Source: Deltaproteobacteria bacterium | Lineage (GTDB): Bacteria > Desulfobacterota > Desulfomonilia > UBA1062 | Length of the DNA: 64,000 nucleotides | NCBI GenBank assembly: GCA_018433775.1 | Contig: JAHDQN010000040.1 | Span: forward strand, 20,587 to 84,586 | Direction: 5' to 3' | Shown here: one piece after another, positions 10,795 to 20,187 of the stretch | Layout of the letters: every line of letters begins with the position of its first letter | Numbering within the stretch: the first letter of the stretch is position 1 | Translations under genes and position numbers: made by a program | The notes under the pieces: model-generated | What the model was told of the DNA's origin: nothing | What the model saw: only the letters and a program-made list of their open reading frames with translations | Database searches by the model: none

Positions 10795-12165
10795 TTATGA
10801 GGCTGCGGCCTCGCTCATGCCGAGCACCTTTTCCACGAGTTCCGCCAACTGGGTGCAGTATTTCTCCGTGACGTCCACCGACGGGCCTTCTACCATGACC
10901 CGGCACATGTTCTGGGTCCCGGAGTAGCGGACCAGGACGCGCCCCTGGTCGCCGAGCTCGCTCTCGACCTGGCTGATCGCGTCTCTGAGCTCGGGCACTG
11001 TGGAGATGTCCGGCTTGGTCTTCACGTTGACATTGATGAGCTTCTGCGGGTAGATGTCCATGAGCTTCGCCAGCTCCGAGAGCGGCTTGCCGGTCCTGAC
11101 CATGGCGGCTACGAGCTGCATGGCCGTGAGAATGCCGTCGCCCGTGGTGTGGTGGTCGAGGAAGATGAGGTGCCCCGAGTCCTCGCCGCCGATGACCCCG
11201 CCCATTTTGAGCATGTCCTCGAGCACGTAGCGGTCGCCCACCTTTGCGGCGTGATGGCTGAAACCGTACTTTTTGCAGGCCACCCTCAGCCCCAGGTTGC
11301 TCATGACCGTGCTCACCAGGAGATCGTTCTTGAGCCTGCCCTCTTCCTTGAGTATCCGGGCGCAGATGAGCAGGATCTGGTCCCCGCTGATCTCCTGCCC
11401 CTTCTCGTCGACCGCGATGAGCCGGTCCCCGTCTCCGTCGAACGCCAGGCCCACCGCCGCGCCGGTTTCCAGGACCCGCTTCTTCAGGTCAGCGGTATGC
11501 TGCGAGCCGCACGCGTCGTTGATGTTCAGCCCGTTCGGCGAGTTGTGCAGCACCTCGACATCGGCGCCCAGCTCGGTGAAGGCATCGGGCGCGACCCGGT
11601 ACGTGGCGCCGTTGGCGGTGTCCATGACGATCTTCATCTCCTCCATGGAGAGGTCCCGCGGAAAGGTGTTTTTCAGGAACACCACATACCGGCCGTTCAC
11701 GTCTTCCATCCGCAACGCCCGGCCCATGTCCTTGGAAGGGGGCAGGTGCTTTGCCAGTTTGCTGTTCAGGATGAGGTCCTCGATGGTGTCTTCCTGCTCG
11801 TCCGAGAGCTTGAACCCGTTGCCGCCGAAGATTTTGATCCCGTTGTCCTCGTAGGGGTTGTGCGAGGCCGAGATCACGATGCCCGCGTCGGCCCGCATGC
11901 TGTTGGCGATAAAGGCGATCCCCGGCGTGGGAAGCACGCCGACCAGATAAGGGTTGCCGCCCATGGAGGTGATGCCGGCTTCCAGCGAGCTCTCGAGCAT
12001 ATAGCCCGAGATGCGGGTGTCCTTGCCGATGATGATCCGTGTGCGGTGATGCTCCTTCCTGAGGAGATACGTCACCGCCTGGCCCACCAGGAAGGCGATC
12101 TGCGCGTTCATGGGGTATTTGTTCGCCTCCCCGCGTATTCCGTCCGTACCGAATAGCTTGCCCAT
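10795..12165 (-). CDS. glmM: Phosphoglucosamine mutase
   Basis: GTDGIRG and the active-site SASHNP motif are present. I trimmed the start to the internal ATG, which has an AGGAGG ribosome-binding site. Confidence 0.85.
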   Translation of the reverse strand: MGKLFGTDGIRGEANKYPMNAQIAFLVGQAVTYLLRKEHHRTRIIIGKDTRISGYMLESSLEAGITSMGGNPYLVGVLPTPGIAFIANSMRADAGIVISASHNPYEDNGIKIFGGNGFKLSDEQEDTIEDLILNSKLAKHLPPSKDMGRALRMEDVNGRYVVFLKNTFPRDLSMEEMKIVMDTANGATYRVAPDAFTELGADVEVLHNSPNGLNINDACGSQHTADLKKRVLETGAAVGLAFDGDGDRLIAVDEKGQEISGDQILLICARILKEEGRLKNDLLVSTVMSNLGLRVACKKYGFSHHAAKVGDRYVLEDMLKMGGVIGGEDSGHLIFLDHHTTGDGILTAMQLVAAMVRTGKPLSELAKLMDIYPQKLINVNVKTKPDISTVPELRDAISQVESELGDQGRVLVRYSGTQNMCRVMVEGPSVDVTEKYCTQLAELVEKVLGMSEAAAS

Positions 12166-12212
12166 GTAAAATCCTCCTTTGATCGTGTGTTCAGCTGGAA
12201 ATAATTCTGCCC

Positions 12213-13436
12213 TTAAAACAACTGCAGGCCGGGCATGGCCTGGGAAACCGCCTTGGCGTGTGATGTAACGACGCTTTCCAGCCATGCCGTCCCTTGATCG
12301 GAAACATCCGCGGGCAGACCCTGGATGGTTTCGATGTAACCGTCCCGTCCTGCCTGCATCGCCCTGTTCAGCCCGCCCAGGAACTCATCTTTCAGCGTTT
12401 CCGCGTCTGAACCAGGGATTGTATCCATCTCAAACATCTCTTTGATTTTATCGCTATTTTTTGTGAACCCGTCCCCGAATTGGGGGGCGCGCTTGGCCAT
12501 TGCCTCGAGCCGCTTCAGGCGTTCCTTGCGGGCGAGCGAGAGCTTGTCGAGGAGGCCTGCGTGGATGAGGGGGCCGAACTCGACCGCGTCCAGGAAGGGC
12601 TTGCGCACGTGGACATACCACTCGCGCAGGGCCGCGAGGTTCGCCAGATAGAGGATGTTGTTCTCCACCACGCGCTTGAGGTTCGGGTACAGGGCCGGCT
12701 GATACTCCCTTACTCCGCCCGGGTGCGGCTCGACCGTGATCAGACAGTTGTCGTCCGGGCAGTCCTGCCTGAGCACCGAGCCCGCGGCCACGACGTTGCC
12801 GAACCCCATGCGGACCGGCCCAACGATCCCCCCCTGGCCTCCGAGGAAGATGGGCGGCCGGTTCAGCATCACGCCCCTGGGCACGTCGCCGAGCAGCGAG
12901 GGGGTCGTCTTGTCGCCGTCCGGGGTGAAGTTGAAGTGGATGTACGAGCTCCCCACCTCGCTGTGGTCCTTGCGGCTGGTTCCCCCGGCCATGAGGCAGT
13001 CGCAGAAGTTGATCAGGCTGCCCAGGGTCACGAAGGGGAAGAGTATGGTCTGCTTGAGCCCCACGCAGTGGGCACCGCCCGCCTCCTCCTCCAGGATCGA
13101 ACCCTCGCGGACATGGGCGCCCAGGCCCATGTTGGATCTGTCGAGGAACACCGACTTGCTGAAATAGCCGCCCTTGAGCTCCACGTCGCGGCCGATCTGG
13201 CAGTCCTCGATCGTGACCGGGCCTTCGCGGCCGATCTGCGCGCCCGATGAGATGACGGTCTTCTCGCCGTAGATCCTGCACCCGGGATAGATCCTGACGC
13301 CCTGCGCGGATATCCGCCCGATGTCGACCTCTTCCCCGATATCGAGGGTCAGGGGGTTGGGGAGATCGATCCCCTTCTCGAGCAACTGCACGATCTTCTC
13401 ATGGCATCGCGGCGTTATGTCCATCGGCACCTCCAT
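12213..13436 (-). CDS. Left-handed beta-helix (hexapeptide-repeat) acetyltransferase. It resembles the GlmU C-terminal domain but has no nucleotidyltransferase domain and carries a helical C-terminal extension.
   Basis: Hexapeptide repeats run through the N-terminal roughly 280 aa. The start was trimmed to an internal ATG, either 13436 or 13424, with a GGAGG site. Confidence 0.55.
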   Translation of the reverse strand: MEVPMDITPRCHEKIVQLLEKGIDLPNPLTLDIGEEVDIGRISAQGVRIYPGCRIYGEKTVISSGAQIGREGPVTIEDCQIGRDVELKGGYFSKSVFLDRSNMGLGAHVREGSILEEEAGGAHCVGLKQTILFPFVTLGSLINFCDCLMAGGTSRKDHSEVGSSYIHFNFTPDGDKTTPSLLGDVPRGVMLNRPPIFLGGQGGIVGPVRMGFGNVVAAGSVLRQDCPDDNCLITVEPHPGGVREYQPALYPNLKRVVENNILYLANLAALREWYVHVRKPFLDAVEFGPLIHAGLLDKLSLARKERLKRLEAMAKRAPQFGDGFTKNSDKIKEMFEMDTIPGSDAETLKDEFLGGLNRAMQAGRDGYIETIQGLPADVSDQGTAWLESVVTSHAKAVSQAMPGLQLF

Positions 13437-13498
13437 ATACAGGCCAAATGAACGCCCTTTGTCAAAGAAAAAAATCGGTTCATCGTAATCTCCTTTAC

Positions 13499-16400
13499 TC
13501 AGATTCTTGAAGGCCGGGATTCCCCGATCCGTTCGAATATCAAGCTCGTGATCGTCTCCACGTCCTCCCCGAGCAGCAGCCTCAGGGGCAGACGCTCGAG
13601 ATACGCGTCGTCCCAGGCGACATTGTATTCGTCGACAAGGTTCCTGAGGTCGTTGTACTTCTCGGCCAGGATCTCCTTCTTGCGTTCGACGTCCAGGTCC
13701 TCGCAATAGTCGACGTGGAGCAGGAGCAGGTGCTCCACGGCCCGCAGGGAGTTCAGGAGCGGGACGATCACGATGGAGGCGTGGTCAGATTTGCCCTCGC
13801 CGGCATAGACGTTGCCGGTGCGGACAATGGTCTTTTTGGTGCCCATGAGTGTCCCGGTCTCGTCGAACCGCGAGCGCATGCCCGCGGCGACACCATGTTT
13901 CCCGATTGTCCGGATGGTCGAGCCCTCGGTGGGCCTCCCCTCATCGTCGAGGTTGCCCACGGCATAGAGGGTGTAGCCGTTGATGCGGCTTATCGCATCC
14001 TGCAGGCGCTTGAGCACGATGCCGCCCCTTGCGGGGATGTTCTCGACCGTGAACGACAGGTCTTCGAGCGCATCGAAGATAACGCCCCGTGGGGCCTCCA
14101 CCCGCCTGCTCGTGCCCACGGTAACGGTCTTGGCCTGGTGCCGGATGGCGTCAACGGGCCGCGAGAGCTCGTCGATCGCCCTGCCCAGGGCGGAATCCAG
14201 CTCGTCCAGGGGCGAGGCGGTCACCCGGTGGGCGCCGAACTCGCTCCAGAAATCCTCGATGGGCAGCTTGCCCACCGCGTACTTCAGAAGCAGGGTGATG
14301 TCGGAAGCGGTTTCCACGTTCATTGACGTGAGCATGCCCGATCTCCTCCAGGAGTTGAACATCGCGGAAAAGTCGTCCACGCAACGGTGCAGGTCGCGGT
14401 CTTCGATGCTCTCGTAGATGGAAAGACCTTTCTTCTCCTGGCAGCGCATGATCTCGGACAGGCTCGACCTGAACGGTTTGAAGGCCCCCGCCTGCGCGTC
14501 GAGACTGCACGCGGCATAGTATCCCCAGATGTGCCCTGCCAGGGTGTTGAGGATCACCGAGAGCGGAAAGCCCGAGCGGGGCACGTGGATCACCGAGTCC
14601 GCTATCGCGTCGAAGCGCTTCTCGCCCTGGTCCGCGATGACCACCACGCTCGATGCATGGGCGTGGAAGATGGCCACGTCCTTGACCACGTCTTCGAGCA
14701 CGATGTCCGGGCTCCCGGCCGCGCACACCAGGATCAGGGGCTCGGACGAGAGATCGATGTGCTTCTTGTCCTCGATCACGTCCGAGGAGATGGTCTTGTA
14801 GCACAGCTCGCTGAGCTTGATCCGGATCTCGTCGGACGCGGTCTTGTTTGCGCCGCTTCCCACCACTGCCCAGTATTTCTTTTTTCTCACCAGGTCCCAT
14901 GCCGAGCTCCTGATCGCCTCGCGCGAGGCGATGACCTCCTGCATGAGCTTAGGCGACTGCTCGATCCGGGAAATCTCCCGGACGATCCTTTCGCGGGAGA
15001 GCGCGCCCATAAGCTGCGCCATGAACAGGGCGAGAATATAGCCCGCGGTGATCTGCGAGTAGAACGCCTTGGTCGATGCCACGGACATCTCGATGTCGCG
15101 GCCGTCGCTCGTGTAGAATACCCCGTCCACCTTTGTGGTGATGTCCGACTGCCTCCGGTTCACGATGGCGATCAGGTGCGCGCCCCGCTCCCTGGCCATG
15201 GTCACGGCCCGGTTGGTGTCCGTGGTGGTGCCCGACTGGGTGATGGCGATCACCAGGCAGTCCGTCATGTCTTCGTCGAGGCAGAACCCGCTCAGATCGG
15301 TGGCCTTACGCGCCAGGACCGAGATAGGCGTGCCCTTCAGGTAGATCGCGAGCGCCTCGGCCACGGCAGCGCCCGCAATGGCCGCAGTGCCCTGACCCAC
15401 CACGTAGATCCGTCTGATCACGCCCGAGACGAGCGCATCGCGCACCGCGGCAGGAACCACGGCCTCGTCCAGGTTGAAGGCCACCCTCCGGCCGCCTTCC
15501 ACCCGGTACTTTCCCCGGATGGTCTTCCGGATCGACTCCGGCGCGTCCAGGATCTCCTTAAGGAGAAAATGGGGGAAGGTCCCGCGGTCGATATCCCGGG
15601 TGGTGATCTCGGCGCGCCGGATATCGCCCTGCCCGAGCTCCAGGGGCCGGCCGTCGTAGTACATGGCCTCGATCCCTCCGAGCCCGCCCCCGCCGGCATT
15701 ATCCAGGATGAAGATCTGGCCCCGGGTGCACTCATCGCCCGGGACGCGCTCCCGCTCGCCGTCCATTTTGATGAATAACGGGGTCTCCTCCACCAGGCCG
15801 TAGACCTCGGAGGAGAAGACATACTGGTTCTCGCAGATGCCCACATAGATGGTCTGTCCGCTTCCCTTTACACCAAGAAATACCCTGCCTGGCTCCAGGT
15901 TGCTCTCCATGGCGATGGCGTGCGAGCCCTCGAAGTCGTTCACGGCCCTCCTGAATGCCTCCTTGAGGTCGTGGCCCTGGCAGAGGTACCGCTCGATCAC
16001 GAGCGGGATGATCTTGGTATCGGTGGTCACGCGCGGGTCGATCCGGCACCCTATAGCCTGCAGGCCTTCCTTGAGCGGGAGATGGTTGTCGATGTCGCCG
16101 TTGAGCACGACATTGATGGCCCAGGTGCCGCTCCCGTAGAAGGGATAATGTTTCCTCGCCGTCTGGAAGTCCCACTGCTCGTTCGATTCCCCGTCCATGG
16201 CGAAGTTGTTGACCGGATGGCAGTTCGTCTCGTTGATGGCGCCCACCGAGGCCCAGCGCGTATGCGCCAGGTACATCTGCGAGTTTGGTGCATGATCCAT
16301 CACCAGACGAAGGATGGGGTCTGCGCTTATGGACGCTCTGAGCGATCTCGTGTTGTCTCCCAGGTCTCCGGTGACGAGCGCGGTCTTGTAGGTGAAAATC

Positions 16401-17230
16401 AGGGCTCCGGGCGAGACGTGGATGGATCCGTCCATCAGGTCTCCGGGAGGGCAGCGCCTCATGAAGAGATCGTAAAGACCTGCAGCCTTAATCCTTTCCA
16501 TCACGTCCTTCATCTCCCGCGGGCCGGGAAAGCAGAACGCGGCCTGCACCCCGCAGGAGTCTCTGCCCCGCACCTCGAGCCGGTCGAGGGCATTGAGGGC
16601 GAAGTTGAGCCGCTGGTACTTCTCGAATGCCGTAAGCGCCAGCTGGCGGGAGTCTGCGCAGAGCGACGCGATCTTTTTCTGGTTCCCGAGCACGTCCTCA
16701 TGAAGCGCCCATGAGATGTCCTTGAGAAGGATCAGGGACCTCATGAGGTTCTCCATGTCGAGGGTGGAGAGCGAGGCCGCCTCCTTTTCCAGGATACGCT
16801 CCTCCTGGTCCACGAATGCGTCCATGTCCGCGCACAGGTTCTCGAGGCGGTCGAAAAGCTCCTTGCGAGCGAGCGTCCACTGGTTCCCGGAACTCTGCTT
16901 CAGACGGTACACGTCCTGTTCGAAAACCCGGAGCTCTTTGGGGTCGAGGTACTCATCCGGCGCGATCTCCCTGCCGAGCACCCTGTTCAGTGCACATGCC
17001 CGCACCTGGTCGAAGTGCAGACCGAGTATACGAAGGATGTCGTCACGTGGTGCATCCTCCCCGCCCCTGACGACCAGGATACCGGCCAGGCCGCACAGGA
17101 GCGTGCAGGGCTGGACAGGGAAAAGTACCACGGACCGGGCCGGGAGGTTCTTCGGCTCGCGTCCGATGTACAACCTCCACTGGGCTGTTTTCTTCATCAT
17201 TGCCCGCACTATCGCCTTCATAGCATCCAT
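13499..17230 (-). CDS. Atypical 1243-aa glutamine--fructose-6-phosphate aminotransferase (GlmS)-like protein
   Basis: Class-II amidotransferase motifs (LCGLAGILVV, RGRDSCG, HTRWAS.G...N.HP) are followed by two SIS domains (TQSGTTTDT). The protein also has a 43-aa N-terminal leader, a roughly 160-aa insertion and a roughly 340-aa C-terminal extension. Confidence 0.65.
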   Translation of the reverse strand: MDAMKAIVRAMMKKTAQWRLYIGREPKNLPARSVVLFPVQPCTLLCGLAGILVVRGGEDAPRDDILRILGLHFDQVRACALNRVLGREIAPDEYLDPKELRVFEQDVYRLKQSSGNQWTLARKELFDRLENLCADMDAFVDQEERILEKEAASLSTLDMENLMRSLILLKDISWALHEDVLGNQKKIASLCADSRQLALTAFEKYQRLNFALNALDRLEVRGRDSCGVQAAFCFPGPREMKDVMERIKAAGLYDLFMRRCPPGDLMDGSIHVSPGALIFTYKTALVTGDLGDNTRSLRASISADPILRLVMDHAPNSQMYLAHTRWASVGAINETNCHPVNNFAMDGESNEQWDFQTARKHYPFYGSGTWAINVVLNGDIDNHLPLKEGLQAIGCRIDPRVTTDTKIIPLVIERYLCQGHDLKEAFRRAVNDFEGSHAIAMESNLEPGRVFLGVKGSGQTIYVGICENQYVFSSEVYGLVEETPLFIKMDGERERVPGDECTRGQIFILDNAGGGGLGGIEAMYYDGRPLELGQGDIRRAEITTRDIDRGTFPHFLLKEILDAPESIRKTIRGKYRVEGGRRVAFNLDEAVVPAAVRDALVSGVIRRIYVVGQGTAAIAGAAVAEALAIYLKGTPISVLARKATDLSGFCLDEDMTDCLVIAITQSGTTTDTNRAVTMARERGAHLIAIVNRRQSDITTKVDGVFYTSDGRDIEMSVASTKAFYSQITAGYILALFMAQLMGALSRERIVREISRIEQSPKLMQEVIASREAIRSSAWDLVRKKKYWAVVGSGANKTASDEIRIKLSELCYKTISSDVIEDKKHIDLSSEPLILVCAAGSPDIVLEDVVKDVAIFHAHASSVVVIADQGEKRFDAIADSVIHVPRSGFPLSVILNTLAGHIWGYYAACSLDAQAGAFKPFRSSLSEIMRCQEKKGLSIYESIEDRDLHRCVDDFSAMFNSWRRSGMLTSMNVETASDITLLLKYAVGKLPIEDFWSEFGAHRVTASPLDELDSALGRAIDELSRPVDAIRHQAKTVTVGTSRRVEAPRGVIFDALEDLSFTVENIPARGGIVLKRLQDAISRINGYTLYAVGNLDDEGRPTEGSTIRTIGKHGVAAGMRSRFDETGTLMGTKKTIVRTGNVYAGEGKSDHASIVIVPLLNSLRAVEHLLLLHVDYCEDLDVERKKEILAEKYNDLRNLVDEYNVAWDDAYLERLPLRLLLGEDVETITSLIFERIGESRPSRI

Positions 17231-17332
17231 TTCCCCCGCGCCGTCGAGTCCTTCCGTCCCGTTTGCACGCAGTACTGCTCGCCCTTCTTAAGTTAGTATG
17301 TATTTTGCAGACAGCAAAAAAACAACTTCTCC

Positions 17333-18493
17333 CTACGAGATGTGCCGCATTCCGGCGGTCAAGCCTGCAGGCGAGCCCATCATTCCAAGAAATTCCCTGA
17401 AGAGATAGCCGGCGTCGTGAGGCCCGGGAGACGCCTCGGGATGATACTGAACGCTGAACGCCCGGTAGGCTGGATACCTGACGCCCTCCAGGGTCTGGTC
17501 GTTGAGATTGACGTGAGTGACCTCGGCATCTTTGGGCAGCGTTTCCGTGACCACGGAAAACCCGTGATTCTGCGAGGTGATCTCCACGCGGCCGGTCAGC
17601 AGGTTCCTCACCGGCTGGTTCACGCCGTGGTGGCCGAACTTGAGCTTCTCGGTCCTGGCGCCGAAGGCCTGGGAGAGTATCTGGTGCCCCAGGCAGATCC
17701 CGAAAATGGGCACCCTGCCCAGCAGGCGCCGGACGGTTTCGATCTCGCAGGCGAGCGGGGCCGGATCGCCCGGACCGTTGGACAGCATGATCCCGTCGGG
17801 CTCAAGCGCCAGGATATCCTCGGCCCGGGTGCGCGAGGGCATCAGAACGACCTGGCACCCCAGGCGCTCCAGGCTTCTGAGGATGTTGTGTTTTGCGCCG
17901 CAGTCGAGCACGACCACACGATGCCCGCTGCCTTTCTGCAGGGGTCCTTCAAGGGGCGCCGCTTTCCCGGACTTCCAGAGATGCGGCCGGGAGCAGGTCA
18001 CCGACGACACGATATCCCTTCCGGTCAGCCCGGGATAGGCGCGCACCTGCTCCAGAAGCTCCGGCACCTTGTCATACCGCGTGGACACGATCCCCCGCAT
18101 GGCGCCCGCGGTCCTGATCCTGCGGGTCAGCGCCCGGGTGTCCACCCCTTCGACCCCGATCCGGCCGAACTCCTCCAGGTAGCTCTGAAGCGTCCCGGTC
18201 GATCTCCAGTTGCTCGGATGGTGCTGATATTCCCTGACCACGAACCCCTTAAGGTGAATGGCGGGGGATTCCCGGTCCTGGTCGTTGATGCCGTAGCTTC
18301 CCATGAGGGGATAGGTCATAACGAGTATCTGCTCGCAATACGACGGATCGGTGAGCGCCTCCTGGTAGCCGGTCATGGCGGTGTTGAACACCACCTCGCC
18401 GCAGGCGTCACCGCCTCCGGCAAAGGCGCGGCCGCGGAAGACCGAACCGTCTTCCAAAACCACGACCGCCGGGCGCTTGTCTCGTGCTGACAT
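17333..18493 (-). CDS. carA: Carbamoyl-phosphate synthase small subunit
   Basis: The CPSase small-subunit N-domain and a class-I amidotransferase domain (GICLGHQ) are present. The start was trimmed to MSARDK, which has a GGAGGAGG site. Confidence 0.9.
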   Translation of the reverse strand: MSARDKRPAVVVLEDGSVFRGRAFAGGGDACGEVVFNTAMTGYQEALTDPSYCEQILVMTYPLMGSYGINDQDRESPAIHLKGFVVREYQHHPSNWRSTGTLQSYLEEFGRIGVEGVDTRALTRRIRTAGAMRGIVSTRYDKVPELLEQVRAYPGLTGRDIVSSVTCSRPHLWKSGKAAPLEGPLQKGSGHRVVVLDCGAKHNILRSLERLGCQVVLMPSRTRAEDILALEPDGIMLSNGPGDPAPLACEIETVRRLLGRVPIFGICLGHQILSQAFGARTEKLKFGHHGVNQPVRNLLTGRVEITSQNHGFSVVTETLPKDAEVTHVNLNDQTLEGVRYPAYRAFSVQYHPEASPGPHDAGYLFREFLGMMGSPAGLTAGMRHIS

Positions 18494-18580
18494 AGAATAC
18501 TCCCCTCCTCCTTCTCCCTTTGCTTCCTTATGCTGTCTGCCTTCTTCGCCTTCCCTGACACTGCAGTGGTAACCAGTCAT

Positions 18581-18717
18581 AGGGTCAGTCACATCATGGG
18601 GTCATCATGGGGTCAGGTCTCAACATATGACACCGGGAGTGTCATATGTTGAGACCTGACCCCGATCATGACCGGGAGTGTCATATGTTGAGACCTGACC
18701 CCGATCATGACCCTGAT
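18581..18717. repeat. Complex repeat: a 13-nt tandem (catcatggggtca x2), a perfect palindrome with 23-bp arms and a cggga loop (18611-18661), and two tandem 39-bp units (gggagtgtcatatgttgagacctgaccccgatcatgacc)
   Basis: Read directly from the sequence between the glnA stop and the carA start. Confidence 0.75.
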
Positions 18718-18807
18718 CTCTAAGCTCCGCCACTGTAGTACTAAGTATCTGCGTGCAGAAACCCGGCCCGGTGTATACATCAACCGGGCCGGTCCGTCCA
18801 TCATTCT

Positions 18808-20139
18808 TTAGAGCAGCGGCAGATAGGTGTCGATCTCGTACTTGCTGACATGGGTCCTGAAGGCGTCCCACTCCTTCTTCTTGTTTTCTACGAACTTCTC
18901 GAAGATGTGGTCACCCAGGGCCTCCCTCACCAGCGTGCTCCCGGACACCTCCTGGATCGCCTCGAAGAGGTTGCCAGGCAGCGAGGTGATCCCGGCCTCC
19001 TCCCGCGCCTTCTCGTCCATCTCGAAGATATCCTTCTCGATGGGCTCGGGCAGGGTATACCCTTTTTCAATGCCCTCCAGCCCGGCCGCTATCTGCACCG
19101 CAAAGGCCAGGTAGGGGTTGCAGGCCGGGTCAGGCGCCCTGAACTCGATCCGGGTGGCCTTGGCCTTGCCCGGCTTGTACATGGGGACCCTGAGCATTGC
19201 CGAGCGGTTTCTCCTGGCCCAGGACACGTAGACCGGGGCCTCGTAGCCGGGAACGAGCCTCTTGTAGGAGTTCACCCACTGGTTGGTGACCGCGCAGATC
19301 TCCCGGGCGTGGTTGAGAATACCCGCGATGTAGTGCTTGCCCACCTTCGAGAGATGGTACTTGTCGCCCGCGTCGAAAAAGGCGTTGTCGTCGCCCGTGA
19401 ACAGCGACTGGTGGACGTGCATGCCGCTGCCGTTCTCGCAGGCGAGCGGCTTGGGCATGAAGGTGGCGTACACCCCGTGCTGGCGGGCGATCTCCTTGAC
19501 CGTGGTCCGGTAGGTCATGACGATGTCGGCCATGGTGAGCGCCTCTTTGTACCGCAGGTCGATCTCGTGCTGCGACGGGGCGACCTCGTGGTGGCTGTAC
19601 TCCACCTGGATGCCCATCTTCTGCAGGCTGAATATGGTGTCGCGCCGGATGTCGGGGCCCCGGTCGATGGGCAGGCCGTCGAAGTACCCTCCCCTGTCCA
19701 GGATGGTGGTGCACTTGTCGTCTGCGAAGTAGAAGTATTCCAGCTCCGGCCCGAGAAACACGTTGTACCCTTTCTCAGCCGCCCTGGCCAGCACGCGCTT
19801 GAGCGCGTATCGCGGGTCGCCTTCGTAGGGGGTGCCCTCCGGGGTCAGGATGTCGCACACCATGCGGGCCACGGGATAATCCGACGGTCTCCAGGGCAGG
19901 AGCTGGAAGGTGGCGGGGTCCGGCTTGGCGATCATGTCGCTCTCGTGGACCCGGGCAAAGCCCTCGATGGAGGACCCGTCGAAACCCATGCCCTCCTCGA
20001 TGCCTTCTTCAAGTTCCGAGGGCGTCAGATTGAAGCTCTTGAGCCTGCCCAGAACATCGGTGAACCAGAACTGTATGAAGCTGACCTTGTGTTCCTTTAC
20101 AGCCTTCATAACATCTTGCTTTGTCTTGCATTGTAACAT
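18808..20139 (-). CDS. glnA: Glutamine synthetase type I
   Basis: The GS beta-grasp and catalytic domains are present. The start was trimmed to MLQCK, which has a GGAGGA site. Confidence 0.9.
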   Translation of the reverse strand: MLQCKTKQDVMKAVKEHKVSFIQFWFTDVLGRLKSFNLTPSELEEGIEEGMGFDGSSIEGFARVHESDMIAKPDPATFQLLPWRPSDYPVARMVCDILTPEGTPYEGDPRYALKRVLARAAEKGYNVFLGPELEYFYFADDKCTTILDRGGYFDGLPIDRGPDIRRDTIFSLQKMGIQVEYSHHEVAPSQHEIDLRYKEALTMADIVMTYRTTVKEIARQHGVYATFMPKPLACENGSGMHVHQSLFTGDDNAFFDAGDKYHLSKVGKHYIAGILNHAREICAVTNQWVNSYKRLVPGYEAPVYVSWARRNRSAMLRVPMYKPGKAKATRIEFRAPDPACNPYLAFAVQIAAGLEGIEKGYTLPEPIEKDIFEMDEKAREEAGITSLPGNLFEAIQEVSGSTLVREALGDHIFEKFVENKKKEWDAFRTHVSKYEIDTYLPLL

Positions 20140-20187
20140 GGCTCGTCCTCCATTTTCGTCTTCTTGCATTATCAAGCGTTTCTTTGT

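Noticed and set aside
12213-13706. Full 497-aa extent of the hexapeptide-repeat ORF and the 496-aa extent of glmM
   Set aside because: The N-terminal extensions overlap the upstream gene and are Arg/Gly-rich junk. Internal ATGs with GGAGG sites at 13436/13424 and at 12165 are far more plausible.
18581-18717. Possible CRISPR array
   Set aside because: There are only two direct-repeat units, directly abutting, with no unique spacers and a nested palindrome. It is not a CRISPR array.
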